A stretch of 64,000 nucleotides of DNA from NCBI GenBank assembly GCA_964559135.1, contig CAZLGG010000001.1:72163-136162 (forward strand). Reading direction: 5' to 3'. Positions 51,900-61,727 of this stretch are shown here, piece by piece. Made by a program: the position numbers and the translations under genes. The DNA is from an uncultured Planctomycetia bacterium. GTDB taxonomy: Bacteria; Planctomycetota; GCA-002687715; DRQF01. The notes under the pieces are model-generated. The model saw nothing but the letters and a program-made list of their open reading frames with translations. It searched no databases and was not told where the DNA came from. Positions within the stretch are counted from its first letter, which is position 1. Each line of letters starts with the position of its first letter.

Positions 51900-52373
51900 G
51901 TGCCCCGTAAGTACCAGTCCACGGAACGGTTCCTGAAGCCGGATCCGAAGTACAAGAGCAAACTCATCGCGAAGTTCATCAATTGCGTCATGTGGGACGG
52001 ACGGAAATCCGTCGCCCAGAAGCTCGTGTATGATGCGTTGGATCTCGTCGCTCAGCGGATCAAGGATCGCCCTCCCGAAGAGGTCTTTGCCGTTGCAGTC
52101 AACAACGTGAAGCCTCTCGTCGAGGTCCGATCGAAACGTGTTGGCGGTGCCACCTACCAGGTGCCGATCGAGGTCAATCGCCGCCGCCAGCAGAGCTTGG
52201 CGTTTCGTTGGATTCTCGATGTCATTCGCAAGAAGAAGGGGCGCCCCGCGCACCGGAGCCTCGCGGATGAGATCCTTGCCGCCTTCAACAAGGAGGGGGC
52301 GGCGATGACCACCCGTGAGAACACTCACAAGATGGCCGACGCCAACAAGATGAACGCCCACTTCGCCTGGTAG
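51900..52373 (+). CDS. rpsG: 30S ribosomal protein S7
   Basis: GTG start with GGAAGGAG SD upstream. PRKYQSTERFLKPDPKYKSKLIAKFIN…. Confidence 0.93.
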   Translation: MPRKYQSTERFLKPDPKYKSKLIAKFINCVMWDGRKSVAQKLVYDALDLVAQRIKDRPPEEVFAVAVNNVKPLVEVRSKRVGGATYQVPIEVNRRRQQSLAFRWILDVIRKKKGRPAHRSLADEILAAFNKEGAAMTTRENTHKMADANKMNAHFAW

Positions 52374-52388
52374 GCTCCGTGGGGAGCC
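52373..52388 (+). promoter_or_regulatory. 6-bp hairpin (GGCTCC-GTGG-GGAGCC) overlapping the rpsG stop, at the start of a 308-nt rpsG–rpsJ leader
   Basis: Read directly. A second 7-bp hairpin, CGCCGCA-GGT-TGCGGCG, lies ~70 nt downstream in the same leader. Confidence 0.35.
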
Positions 52389-52681
52389 CCGGCGAACCGG
52401 GATTTGAAGGTCCCCATTGAGGTGGGGCCGACCGTTGTTAGAAGGGTCCTCGCCGCAGGTTGCGGCGGGTGATCACCGAGGACCACCTGAAACCCCACCT
52501 TGGGTTCCTTTCAGGCAGGCTCGAACGCTCGACCATGACTCCCGAGGGAGTTTCGAAGCGTGCAACCCCTGCGGGGGACGTTACTTATGGATGCCGTGGA
52601 ATCTCGCCTCGCGAACGTTCCGGGCGTGTTTTGTGAAACCATTTCGGCGGAAGCCGGGTTCAGCCCACTTTCGGCAAGGTT

Positions 52682-52987
52682 ATGAACGACAAGATCAAGA
52701 TCCGACTCGAAGGCTACGATCACGAATCGATCGATCAATCCACCTCGGAGATCGTCGAGGTGGCGCGCAGGACGGGAGCGACCCTGGTCGGCCCGATCCC
52801 GCTGCCGACGCGGATCGAGCGTTTCACCGTTTTGCGCTCCCCCCATATCGACAAGAAGTCGAGGGAGCAGTTCGAGATCAGGACCCACAAGCGGGTCCTT
52901 TATCTCAAGGACCCGACCAAGAAGACGGTCGATGCCCTGAGCAAGCTCAACTTGCCCGCCGGCGTCGAGGTCAAGATCAAGGCGTGA
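52682..52987 (+). CDS. rpsJ: 30S ribosomal protein S10
   Basis: [20 protein letters not shown]…. Confidence 0.95.
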   Translation: MNDKIKIRLEGYDHESIDQSTSEIVEVARRTGATLVGPIPLPTRIERFTVLRSPHIDKKSREQFEIRTHKRVLYLKDPTKKTVDALSKLNLPAGVEVKIKA

Positions 52988-53045
52988 GTTCACCGAGCCG
53001 ACGTCCTTCGGGATGTCGGCCGGTTGCGTTCAGAGGAACGAAAAG

Positions 53046-53696
53046 ATGTCCATGAAATTCATGCTCGGCCGCAAAGGGCGCATGACGCAGATCTTCACCG
53101 AGGACGGAGAGTGCGTCCCAGTGACGATTCTCGAAGTGGGGCCCTGCTGGGTGACGGGAGTCCGTTCCACCGAAAAGGACGGCTACGACGCCGTTCAGAT
53201 CGGCTTCGATCAGGTGCGAGAGAAGGTGCTGAGCAAGCCGGAAGTCGGCCATTTGAAGGCCAACGATTTGCCGCCGTTGCGGGTCCTCAAGGAATGCCGC
53301 CTCGACGCCGCTGCCGACTTGGAGGTTGGGGCGCAGTTGGGTGTCGACGTCTTCGAGGTCGGCGAGCGGGTGGATGTGACGGGCGTTTCGAAAGGGCGCG
53401 GCTTCGCCGGCGCCATGAAACGCTACAACTTCGGCGGCGGTCCGATGACCCACGGTGGCATGTGTCGCCGTTTTCCGGGCGCTATCGGTCAGCACACCTA
53501 TCCCGGCCGCGTCTTCAAGGGTAAGCGGATGCCGGGGCATTTCGGGACCGATCGCATCAAGGTGAAGAACCTGGAAGTGATGCACATCGACACGAAACGA
53601 AATCTTCTGCTGGTTCGGGGCGCGGTCCCGGGCCATCGCGGGGCCCTGGTGGAGGTCTCCTATGCGAAGTGCGCAAAGGCAAGCCAACAGGCCTGA
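53046..53696 (+). CDS. rplC: 50S ribosomal protein L3
   Basis: MSMKFMLGRKGRMTQIF… GAGGAA SD upstream of ATG 53046. The track's start at 53013 is probably too far upstream. Exact start ±2 codons. Confidence 0.9.
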   Translation: MSMKFMLGRKGRMTQIFTEDGECVPVTILEVGPCWVTGVRSTEKDGYDAVQIGFDQVREKVLSKPEVGHLKANDLPPLRVLKECRLDAAADLEVGAQLGVDVFEVGERVDVTGVSKGRGFAGAMKRYNFGGGPMTHGGMCRRFPGAIGQHTYPGRVFKGKRMPGHFGTDRIKVKNLEVMHIDTKRNLLLVRGAVPGHRGALVEVSYAKCAKASQQA

Positions 53697-53713
53697 ATTG
53701 AGGAACTGAGACG

Positions 53714-54334
53714 ATGGAAACCAGCGTCTGGAGCGACGGGCAAGTGAAGACCGAGGACTTCGACACGGAGTTCTTGGGACAAAGGGTGAAGGTGCGACTC
53801 CTGCGCCATGCCGTTCGCATGTATCAGAGCAATCTCAGGGCGGGAACGCACAAGACCAAAAGCCGCGGTGAACTGCCCTATCGCAAGGCTCCCCTTTTCA
53901 AGCAGAAGGGAACCGGGCGGGCGCGCGTGCGCCATCAAGCGGCCACCCAGTGTCGTCACGGCGCGGTCCCTCACGGCCCCAAGCCCAGAGACTATTCGTA
54001 CCACATGCCCAGGAAGGCCCGCGTGGAGGCCCTGCGGTCGGCCCTGCTTTCGAAGTTCAGGGACGGCGAAGTCACCTTGGCACGCCATTTCAGTTTTTCG
54101 GAGCCCAGGACGAGCCGTCTGGCAGGCATCTTGAATGATCTCGGCTATGCCAAGAGCTGCCTCATCGTGGTCGCCGAGCGAGATGACAACCTTCTCCTCT
54201 CCGCGCGCAACCTTCGGAGGGTCGACGTCATTCCGGCGGACGATGTGAATGCCTTCCACCTGTTGCATTATCGCAACGTGATCATCACGGACGACGCCCT
54301 CGAGACCTTGAGGAAGAGAACCGATGAGTCGTGA
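53714..54334 (+). CDS. rplD: 50S ribosomal protein L4
   Basis: …FKQKGTGRARVRH… 206 aa. Confidence 0.92.
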   Translation: METSVWSDGQVKTEDFDTEFLGQRVKVRLLRHAVRMYQSNLRAGTHKTKSRGELPYRKAPLFKQKGTGRARVRHQAATQCRHGAVPHGPKPRDYSYHMPRKARVEALRSALLSKFRDGEVTLARHFSFSEPRTSRLAGILNDLGYAKSCLIVVAERDDNLLLSARNLRRVDVIPADDVNAFHLLHYRNVIITDDALETLRKRTDES

Positions 54335-54611
54335 TAACGAGTATCAGATCATCCGTCGGCCGCTGTTGACGGAAAAGAACATGCACCGTGCGGATGCACG
54401 GAATACCTATACCTTCGAGGTGTCTCCGGACGCCAACAAGGTCGAGGTGCGCCAAGCCGTCGAGCGTTTGTTCAACGTGAAGGTGAAGGCGGTCAAGACG
54501 GTGCGCTACAAGGGCAAGCCCAAGCGGCGCGGATTCGACTTCTACACTCAGGGTGCGATGAAAAAGGCCATCGTCACCTTGCAAGAGGGGCACAAGATCG
54601 ACCTCATCTGA
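54324..54611 (+). CDS. rplW: 50S ribosomal protein L23
   Basis: [20 protein letters not shown]… 11-nt overlap with rplD. Confidence 0.93.
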   Translation: MSRDNEYQIIRRPLLTEKNMHRADARNTYTFEVSPDANKVEVRQAVERLFNVKVKAVKTVRYKGKPKRRGFDFYTQGAMKKAIVTLQEGHKIDLI

Positions 54612-54630
54612 GGATTCGAGGAGCACAACC

Positions 54631-55470
54631 ATGGCCATCAGGCGATTCAAGCCCACATCTCCAGGACGACGTCACGGCTCGGTGATCGACTATCGCGATA
54701 CGATCACCACCGACACGCCGGAAAGGTCCCTTCTGGAGCCATTGAAGAAGACCGGTGGTCGGAATGCCCACGGGCACATCACCTCGCGGCGTCGCGGCGG
54801 CGGTGCGCGTCGGCATTACCGGATCATCGACTTCAAGCGCAACAAGGACGGTATCCCCGCCCGTGTCAAGTCGATCGAGTACGACCCGAACCGTTCGGCC
54901 AACATCGCCCTTTTGGCGTATGCGGATGGGGAGAAGCGGTACATTCTCGCCCCGAAGGGCCTCGAAGTCGGCCGGATCGTCATGAACGGTTCCGAGGCCG
55001 AGCCCAAGGTCGGGAACTGCATGAAGCTGAAGGACATTCCGGTCGGACTGGACATTCACAACATCGAATTGACCCCGAACAAGGGGGGGCAAGTGGCACG
55101 CGGCGCGGGTTGTGTGTCCCGACTGATGGCTCGCGAAGGCAACTACGCCGTCGTCGTCATGCCGTCGGGTGAAATGCGACGGATCCATGTCGAGTGCCGT
55201 GCGACCATCGGTTCCATCGGCAACGCGGACCACCAGCACGTGTCCCTGGGCAAGGCGGGGCGCCGCCGGCACATGGGGCGTCGTCCCAAGGTTCGCGGTT
55301 CCGCCATGAACCCGGTCGCCCACCCGATGGGCGGCGGCGAAGGGCGAAGCGGCGGTGGTCGCCACCCCTGTTCGCCCACGGGTGTTTTGGCCAAAGGCGG
55401 TAAGACCCGTAGGCCCAACAAGGCCAGCGACAAGCTGATCATTCGCCGTCGGAAGAAGAAGAGGCGTTGA
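54631..55470 (+). CDS. rplB: 50S ribosomal protein L2
   Basis: [15 protein letters not shown]…. Confidence 0.95.
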   Translation: MAIRRFKPTSPGRRHGSVIDYRDTITTDTPERSLLEPLKKTGGRNAHGHITSRRRGGGARRHYRIIDFKRNKDGIPARVKSIEYDPNRSANIALLAYADGEKRYILAPKGLEVGRIVMNGSEAEPKVGNCMKLKDIPVGLDIHNIELTPNKGGQVARGAGCVSRLMAREGNYAVVVMPSGEMRRIHVECRATIGSIGNADHQHVSLGKAGRRRHMGRRPKVRGSAMNPVAHPMGGGEGRSGGGRHPCSPTGVLAKGGKTRRPNKASDKLIIRRRKKKRR

Positions 55471-55486
55471 GGAGTAGGAATTCACG

Positions 55487-55756
55487 ATGAGTCGTTCCAC
55501 AAAGAAGGGCCCGTACATCGACGCAAAGCTCCTGAAGAAAACCCTGGCGCAAACCGCCAACGGGACGAAGGAGCCCATGAAGACTTGGGCGCGTTCTTGC
55601 ACCATCGCGCCCGAGTTCGTCGGGCACACCTACATGGTGCACAACGGCCGCACCCATCTGCGCGTCTTCGTTACGGAAGACATGGTCGGCCACAAGCTCG
55701 GTGAATTCTCGGTGACCCGGACCTACCGCGGCCACGGCAAGGACAAGAAGAAATAA
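55487..55756 (+). CDS. rpsS: 30S ribosomal protein S19
   Basis: [18 protein letters not shown]…. Confidence 0.95.
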   Translation: MSRSTKKGPYIDAKLLKKTLAQTANGTKEPMKTWARSCTIAPEFVGHTYMVHNGRTHLRVFVTEDMVGHKLGEFSVTRTYRGHGKDKKK

Positions 55757-55791
55757 CTCGACCGAGGAGAGATCCCCTGGGAGTTTTCGCG

Positions 55792-56193
55792 ATGGAATAC
55801 AAAGCCAGTCACAAATACGCGCCCATCTCCGCCCGCAAGGCTCGCCTTGTCGCGGACATGATCCGCGGTATGCCGGTGGACGCGGCCCTCGACGCACTGA
55901 GGACCACGCATCGAAGAGCGAGCTTCATGCTGGACAAGGTGATTCGGTCGGCGGCGGCGAACGCCGGCCAGCAGACGGCCCTGTCGAGCAGCGAACTCTA
56001 CGTCAAGGAGGCCTTCGTGAACGAGGGACCTCTGCAGCAAGGGCGCATCCGTTGGCGTCCGGGCGCCATGGGCCGCATCAAGCCCTACCGGAAACGGACG
56101 AGTCACATTCACGTCACCCTCGATGTGGCGGAATCGAAGAGCGGGCGGTCCAAGCGCCCGGTCGCTCAGGAGCAGGAAGGGGGCGAGGAGTAA
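55792..56193 (+). CDS. rplV: 50S ribosomal protein L22
   Basis: …ISARKARLVADMIRGMPVDAALDAL…. Confidence 0.93.
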   Translation: MEYKASHKYAPISARKARLVADMIRGMPVDAALDALRTTHRRASFMLDKVIRSAAANAGQQTALSSSELYVKEAFVNEGPLQQGRIRWRPGAMGRIKPYRKRTSHIHVTLDVAESKSGRSKRPVAQEQEGGEE

Positions 56194-56196
56194 CCC

Positions 56197-56853
56197 ATGG
56201 GTCAGAAGATTCATCCCACCGGATTCCGCATCGGTGTCACTCTCCCGTGGATCAGCCGCTGGAATGCGTCCAAGAAGGACTTTCCTCGCCTGATCGCGGA
56301 AGACGCCCGAATTCGCGAGTTCATTCAGAAGAACTACGACTACGCCGGCGTCTCGAAGATCGAGATCGAGCGGTCCGGGGACAACGTCACCGTCATCATC
56401 TCCACCGCTCGCCCGGGGCTTCTGATCGGGCGTAAGGGCAAGAAGTTGGACGAGATGAAGGTGGACTTGCAAAAGCTGCTCGGTAGCGACAACCGGGTGA
56501 TGAAAGTTCACATCACGGAACTCGGTCGTCCCGAGTTGGATGCCGAGATCGTAGGTCAGAGCATTCGGGAGCAGCTGCAAAAGCGCATCGCTTTCCGCCG
56601 CATTCTTCGCAAGACCCTTCCCGCCACCATGGCGGCGGGTGCCGAGGGGATCAAGGTGCGTTTGGCGGGGCGACTCGGCGGAGCCGAAATGGCGCGCGTG
56701 ATGATTCAAACGGAGGGCCGGGTTCCTCTGACCACCTTGAACGCTGACATCAGCTACGCCTGTGTGGTGGCACGCACCACCTATGGAGTGATTGGAGTCA
56801 AGGTCTGGATCAATCGTGGGGAATTTGGGGACGACCAGCGTCCGCGACTTTGA
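56197..56853 (+). CDS. rpsC: 30S ribosomal protein S3
   Basis: MGQKIHPTGFRIGV… KH domain. Confidence 0.95.
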   Translation: MGQKIHPTGFRIGVTLPWISRWNASKKDFPRLIAEDARIREFIQKNYDYAGVSKIEIERSGDNVTVIISTARPGLLIGRKGKKLDEMKVDLQKLLGSDNRVMKVHITELGRPELDAEIVGQSIREQLQKRIAFRRILRKTLPATMAAGAEGIKVRLAGRLGGAEMARVMIQTEGRVPLTTLNADISYACVVARTTYGVIGVKVWINRGEFGDDQRPRL

Positions 56854-56881
56854 GCGCGGGTTCTGACGAGGAGATCAAACC

Positions 56882-57304
56882 ATGGCTCTGATGCCAAAGA
56901 GAGTCAAGCACAGAAAGCAGCAGCGCGGACGCATCCGCACGAAGGCGGCGCGTGGCAACACGGTGGCCTTCGGGGATTACGGGCTGCAAGCTCTCGAACC
57001 GGGATGGATCACGGCACGCCAGATCGAGGCTGGCCGTATTTCCGCCAACCAGGTGGCGAGAACGGTCGGGGGCCGTATCTGGATTCGCATCTTCCCCCAC
57101 AAGCCGGTCACCTCGACGCCCCTCGAAACCCGGATGGGTAAGGGCAAGGGTGACATCGAGTTCTGGTGCGCCGTCATCAAGGAGGGGACCATCCTCTACG
57201 AGGTGGGCGGCGTTCCCGAGGAAGTGGCCCGCAAGGCGATGGCCCGGACCGCGCACAAGTTGCCGATTCGGTGCCGCCTCGTTCGTAGGAGGCACAGAAC
57301 ATGA
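56882..57304 (+). CDS. rplP: 50S ribosomal protein L16
   Basis: [26 protein letters not shown]… Start could be 56891 (MPKR). Confidence 0.93.
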   Translation: MALMPKRVKHRKQQRGRIRTKAARGNTVAFGDYGLQALEPGWITARQIEAGRISANQVARTVGGRIWIRIFPHKPVTSTPLETRMGKGKGDIEFWCAVIKEGTILYEVGGVPEEVARKAMARTAHKLPIRCRLVRRRHRT

Positions 57305-57522
57305 GACTGGATGAGATTCGAGCCCAAGACGATGCGGACCTGGAGGTCGTCCTTCAGAACAGTCGACGTCAGCTTTTCGAGTTCCGACTGAAGTCGGCCA
57401 CGGGGGAGAACGAGAGCCCCCATCACGCTCGACAGCTTCGCCGCACGATCTCCCGCATCCTGACGGTCTTGAGCGAACGTAACCAAGGAATTCGCGGCCA
57501 ACGACCGCACGTGAGCGAGTAG
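57301..57522 (+). CDS. rpmC: 50S ribosomal protein L29
   Basis: [30 protein letters not shown]… ATGA overlap with rplP. Confidence 0.88.
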   Translation: MRLDEIRAQDDADLEVVLQNSRRQLFEFRLKSATGENESPHHARQLRRTISRILTVLSERNQGIRGQRPHVSE

Positions 57523-57526
57523 AGCC

Positions 57527-57823
57527 ATGAGCGAAACGACACAACGAAATCGTCGCAAGGCCGTGGTCGGCCGCGTGACCAGCGACAAGATGGCGAAGAC
57601 GATCGTCGTCGAGGCGGAGAGGATGGTCGAACATCCCCACTTCCGCAAATACATCAAGCGCAGCACGACCTACAAGGCCCACGACGAGAACGAAGAAGCT
57701 CGCGTCGGCGATGTGGTCGAGCTCATGGAGTGCCGACCCTTGTCCAAGACGAAGTACTTCCGCTTGACGCGGATCGTACGACGGGGCAAGGCCCATGCCG
57801 CCGAGCAGGGAGGTGAATCATGA
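57527..57823 (+). CDS. rpsQ: 30S ribosomal protein S17
   Basis: …[44 protein letters not shown]…. Confidence 0.93.
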   Translation: MSETTQRNRRKAVVGRVTSDKMAKTIVVEAERMVEHPHFRKYIKRSTTYKAHDENEEARVGDVVELMECRPLSKTKYFRLTRIVRRGKAHAAEQGGES

Positions 57824-58188
57824 TTCAGATGCAGACCCGGCTCGACGTGGCCGACAACACGGGCGCGAAGGAAGTGATGTGCATCAAGGTCCTTGGCGGC
57901 TCCCGACGCCGATATGCCAGCGTGGGGGACGTGATCAAGGGCTCGGTGAAGAAGGCGATTCCCGGCGGCAGCGTCAAGACCGGTGACGTCGTACGCGGGG
58001 TCGTCGTTCGCACGCGCAGTGCGATGCGTCGAGCGGACGGTTCCTACGTGCGCTTCGACAAGAACGCTTTGGTGATCATCGACAACGACGGCAATCCCAA
58101 GGGTACGCGTATCTTCGGTGCTGTGGCCCGTGAGCTGCGCCAGAAGAACTTCATGAAAATCGTGTCTCTGGCTTCGGAGGTGGTGTGA
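57820..58188 (+). CDS. rplN: 50S ribosomal protein L14
   Basis: [28 protein letters not shown]… ATGA overlap with rpsQ. Confidence 0.95.
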   Translation: MIQMQTRLDVADNTGAKEVMCIKVLGGSRRRYASVGDVIKGSVKKAIPGGSVKTGDVVRGVVVRTRSAMRRADGSYVRFDKNALVIIDNDGNPKGTRIFGAVARELRQKNFMKIVSLASEVV

Positions 58189-58565
58189 CCATGGCTGCCC
58201 GGATCAAGAAAGACGACATCGTCATCGTCATTGCCGGCAAGGACAAAGGGCGCCAGGGTCGAGTCCTACAGGTGATGCCCGAGGCGGATCGCGTGGTCGT
58301 CCAGGGTGTGAACATCCAGGTGCGTCACCTGAAGCAGAACCCTCAAGACCCGTCCCAGGGCGGGCGGAAGGAGAGGGAGGCGCCGATTCACATCTCCAAC
58401 GTCATGCCGTGGTCCGACAAGGACGGCAAGGGCGTGCGCGTGCGGGCCGGCGAGGCCAAGGGAAAGAAGGTTCGAGTGTCTGCGGCATCGGGAGCACGCA
58501 TCGTCGCGCACGCCCCCGCCGCGGATGCGAAGCCGGCCAAGAAAAAGTCCGGCAAGGAGGAATAG
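58185..58565 (+). CDS. rplX: 50S ribosomal protein L24 with a Lys/Ala-rich C-terminal tail
   Basis: KOW motif [28 protein letters not shown] overlap with rplN. Confidence 0.92.
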   Translation: MTMAARIKKDDIVIVIAGKDKGRQGRVLQVMPEADRVVVQGVNIQVRHLKQNPQDPSQGGRKEREAPIHISNVMPWSDKDGKGVRVRAGEAKGKKVRVSAASGARIVAHAPAADAKPAKKKSGKEE

Positions 58566-58571
58566 TCGCCC

Positions 58572-59132
58572 ATGACCGCGACCAAGACAAAGCCCCGGCT
58601 GCTCGAGAAGTACGAGAACGAAATCGTCCCCAGCCTCCGGGAGAAGTTCAAACTCGGCAATCCCCACCAGGTGCCGCGTTTGCAAAAGATCACCGTCAAC
58701 ATGGGAGTCGGGAGCGCCATCGAGAACAAAAAGCGCCTCGAGTCGTCGGCGCGAGACCTGGGCGTGATCACGGGGCAACGGCCTCAGATCATCAAGGCCA
58801 AGCGTTCGGTGGCCGGCTTCAAGTTGAGGCAGGGAGTGCCGATCGCATGCCGTGTCACCCTGAGGGGCGACCGCATGTGGGAGTTCCTGGATCGTCTGCT
58901 CACCTTGGCGATTCCTCGAATTCGAGACTTCCGCGGAATCAAGCGCAAGAGTTTCGATGGACGTGGAAACTTCGCGATGGGGCTGCCCGACCAGCTCGTG
59001 TTTCCGGAGATCCATGTGGACAAGGTGGACTGGAACCAGGGTATGGACATCGCCTTCACCATCTCGGGTGGGAACGATGCTTTGTCTCTGGAGTTGCTGA
59101 CCCAGCTCGGCATGCCCTTCCGTAAGGACTGA
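58572..59132 (+). CDS. rplE: 50S ribosomal protein L5
   Basis: …PRLQKITVNMGVGSA… 186 aa. Confidence 0.95.
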   Translation: MTATKTKPRLLEKYENEIVPSLREKFKLGNPHQVPRLQKITVNMGVGSAIENKKRLESSARDLGVITGQRPQIIKAKRSVAGFKLRQGVPIACRVTLRGDRMWEFLDRLLTLAIPRIRDFRGIKRKSFDGRGNFAMGLPDQLVFPEIHVDKVDWNQGMDIAFTISGGNDALSLELLTQLGMPFRKD

Positions 59133-59148
59133 ATAGGAAGAATCAATC

Positions 59149-59334
59149 GTGGCCACGAAAGCCCTGATCGAAAAGTGTCAACGCAAACCCAAATTCAAGG
59201 TTCGGGGATACCACCGCTGCAATCTTTGCGGGCGCCCTCGCGCCTACTATCGCAAGTTCGGACTTTGTCGGGTCTGCTTGCGGAATCTTGCCCATCAGGG
59301 CGCCATTCCCGGCCTCAAGAAGGCCAGTTGGTAG
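59149..59334 (+). CDS. rpsN: 30S ribosomal protein S14, type Z (zinc-binding)
   Basis: 61 aa, [20 protein letters not shown] four-Cys motif. Confidence 0.93.
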   Translation: MATKALIEKCQRKPKFKVRGYHRCNLCGRPRAYYRKFGLCRVCLRNLAHQGAIPGLKKASW

Positions 59335-59387
59335 GCCATGAGTTACACACACACACCGGGCTCTTCGATTGAACGAGGAACGCTGAA

Positions 59388-59792
59388 ATGAGCATGACCG
59401 ATCCGATCGCGGACATGTTGACACGCATCCGCAATGCAAATGCCATCAAACGGCGGAGCGTCGACATGCCGCTGAGCAAGATCAAACTGGGCATCGCGGA
59501 GACGCTGAAGCGCAGTGGATTCATCAACGACTTCCGGGTGATGGAAGGGGAACGCCCCATCGATCGCACGCTGCGGATCGATCTCAGGTACGGTCCTGAC
59601 GGGGAGTTCGTCATCAACGAAATCAAGCGTTACAGCAAGCCCGGTTGCCGGGTTTATCGAGGCGCGAAGGAACTGCCGAAGGTTTTGGACGGGCTGGGAA
59701 TCGCCATCGTGAGCACCTCCCACGGCATCCTGAACGATTTCGAGGCGCGACAGAAGAATTCCGGTGGCGAGGTTCTCGCCACGGTCTGGTAG
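59388..59792 (+). CDS. rpsH: 30S ribosomal protein S8
   Basis: [28 protein letters not shown]…. Confidence 0.95.
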   Translation: MSMTDPIADMLTRIRNANAIKRRSVDMPLSKIKLGIAETLKRSGFINDFRVMEGERPIDRTLRIDLRYGPDGEFVINEIKRYSKPGCRVYRGAKELPKVLDGLGIAIVSTSHGILNDFEARQKNSGGEVLATVW

Positions 59793-59804
59793 GAGAGACC
59801 CACC

Positions 59805-60353
59805 ATGTCCCTCATTGGAAAAAAACCGGTTGCCATTCCCGCCGGGGTCACCGTCCAGGTGGAAGGTGACGAGGTGAAGGTCAAGGGGCCGAAGGGCGAA
59901 CTGACGCAGTCGTTCGAACCCTATTACGTGGCCGTCGAGGTGGACGGAACGGATGTGAAGGTCACGGCGAAGGCCGAGTCCCGGGCCCACAGCGCTCGGC
60001 ACGGCCTCTATCGTTCCCTGATTTTCAACATGGTCGAAGGGTGCGCCAAGGGCTTCGAGCGCCAGTTGGAAATCAATGGCGTGGGCTACACGGCGAAGGC
60101 CGGCGGCCCGTCGAAGCTGACCTTGAACATCGGCTTTTGCCACCCGGTGGAGTTCGAGATGCCGAAGGGTGTCACGGTCGAGACGCCTTCGAACACGCGC
60201 ATCATCATCAAGGGCGCGGACAAGCAGGCCGTGGGACAGATGGCGGCCAACATTCGCAGGGTGCGTCCCCCCGAGCCCTACAAGGGCAAGGGTATCAAGT
60301 ACGTGGAAGAGCAGATTCGTCGGAAGGCCGGTAAGGCCGTGGCCGGCAAGTAG
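59805..60353 (+). CDS. rplF: 50S ribosomal protein L6
   Basis: [33 protein letters not shown]…. Confidence 0.95.
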   Translation: MSLIGKKPVAIPAGVTVQVEGDEVKVKGPKGELTQSFEPYYVAVEVDGTDVKVTAKAESRAHSARHGLYRSLIFNMVEGCAKGFERQLEINGVGYTAKAGGPSKLTLNIGFCHPVEFEMPKGVTVETPSNTRIIIKGADKQAVGQMAANIRRVRPPEPYKGKGIKYVEEQIRRKAGKAVAGK

Positions 60354-60364
60354 GAGTCTTCAAG

Positions 60365-60739
60365 GTGTCGAGCAGAACGATCATTCAAAAGCGGAAGCGC
60401 CGCCTTCGTCGGAAGTTGGGTGTGCGGAAGAAGCTCTTCGGTACGGAGACGCGGCCCCGGCTGACGGTTTTCCGCTCCTCGAAGCACATCTACGCGCAAC
60501 TCGTCGACGACATGAACGGGCGAACCCTGGTGTCGGCGTCGACGGCCTGCAAGGAGTTGCGTTCTGCGATCCCTCACGGCGGGAACGTTGCGGCCGCAAA
60601 GGCTGTCGGCGAGAAGCTGGCGGAGCGGGCGTCGGCGGCGGGCATCAAGTCCGTCGTCTTCGATCGAAACGGATTCAAGTACCATGGCCGCCTCCAGGCG
60701 TTGGCCGAAGCGGCGAGAGAAAAGGGGCTCGAGTTCTGA
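60365..60739 (+). CDS. rplR: 50S ribosomal protein L18
   Basis: …[31 protein letters not shown]…. Confidence 0.93.
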   Translation: MSSRTIIQKRKRRLRRKLGVRKKLFGTETRPRLTVFRSSKHIYAQLVDDMNGRTLVSASTACKELRSAIPHGGNVAAAKAVGEKLAERASAAGIKSVVFDRNGFKYHGRLQALAEAAREKGLEF

Positions 60740-61278
60740 TGGCAAATCCCAGAGGCAACAATCAGGGGCGCGGACGCCGGGGACGCGACGGCCGTGGCGA
60801 TCAGGCGGATTCCGAGTTTCGCGAACCGACCGTCGTCACCATCAACCGCTGCGCGGCCGTGGTGAAGGGTGGTCGACGCTTCAGCTTCTCGGCCCTCATC
60901 GTGATGGGCGATGGCCGCGGTCGGGTCGGTCACGGCTTTGGCAAGGCGAAGGACGTCGCCGGCGCCATCGAGAAGGGAAACAAGGATGCTCGCCGGAACA
61001 TGGTGAAGATTGCCATGGCGGGATCGACGATTCCCCATCAGATCGTCGGTCGCTTCGGCGCGGCGCGCGTGAAGTTGCGTCCGGCGCCCAAGGGGCGAGG
61101 TATCGTCGCCTGCGCGGCGGTGCGAGCCGTCCTCGAGCACGCGGGTATCCACGACATCGTCACCAAGTCCCTCGGGAACAACAATCCCATCAACTTGGTG
61201 AAGGCCACCTTGGACGCCATCAGCCGCCTTCGCACGAAGGAACAGGTCGAGGCTCTGCGCGGAGTGAAAATCGGATGA
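60739..61278 (+). CDS. rpsE: 30S ribosomal protein S5
   Basis: Start at ATG 60739, overlapping the rplR stop (TGATG). [20 protein letters not shown]…VVTINRCAAVVKGGRRFSFSALIVMGDGRGRVGHGFGKA… The track ORF 60169–61278 is this frame spuriously open upstream. Confidence 0.93.
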   Translation: MANPRGNNQGRGRRGRDGRGDQADSEFREPTVVTINRCAAVVKGGRRFSFSALIVMGDGRGRVGHGFGKAKDVAGAIEKGNKDARRNMVKIAMAGSTIPHQIVGRFGAARVKLRPAPKGRGIVACAAVRAVLEHAGIHDIVTKSLGNNNPINLVKATLDAISRLRTKEQVEALRGVKIG

Positions 61279-61727
61279 ATCTCTCGGATCTCAATGCCGT
61301 GCCGATGAAGCGCAAGTTCCGGAAACGGAAGGGGCGCGGACCCGGTTCGGGCGCAGGCAAGACGGCCGGGCGCGGTACCAAGGGACAGAGGTCGCGTTCA
61401 GGTTTCTCTCGACGGATGGGTTTCGAAGGCGGGCAGATGCCCCTCTATCGTCGCCTGCCCAAGAAGGGTTTCACCAACGCGCTCTTCAAGGTCGAGTACG
61501 AGATCGTCAACACCGGGCAGCTCGAGCTGTTCGACGAGGGGACCACCGTCGACCTCGAGGCCTTGAAGACCCACGGCTTGGTCAAGAAGAACACGAAGAG
61601 GGTGAAGATCCTTGGGAAGGGAACCTTGGGCAAAAGCTTGGTCATCAAGGCCGACAAGTTCAGCGCGACGGCGCGCCGGATGATCGAGGAGGTCGGAGGG
61701 ACCGCCGAGGAGTTGAAGGCGCAATGA
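61275..61727 (+). CDS. rplO: 50S ribosomal protein L15
   Basis: ATGA overlap with rpsE. MNLSDLNAVPMKRKFRKRKGRGPGSGAGKTAGRGTKGQ…. Confidence 0.93.
   Translation: MNLSDLNAVPMKRKFRKRKGRGPGSGAGKTAGRGTKGQRSRSGFSRRMGFEGGQMPLYRRLPKKGFTNALFKVEYEIVNTGQLELFDEGTTVDLEALKTHGLVKKNTKRVKILGKGTLGKSLVIKADKFSATARRMIEEVGGTAEELKAQ

Noticed and set aside
60169-61727. The long ORFs 60169–61278 (369 aa) and 60588–61727 (379 aa), which appear to fuse L6/L18/S5/L15 regions.
   Set aside because: The S5 and L15 frames happen to be open far upstream. The true starts are at the TGATG/ATGA junctions (60739 and 61275), which give canonical protein lengths and N-termini.
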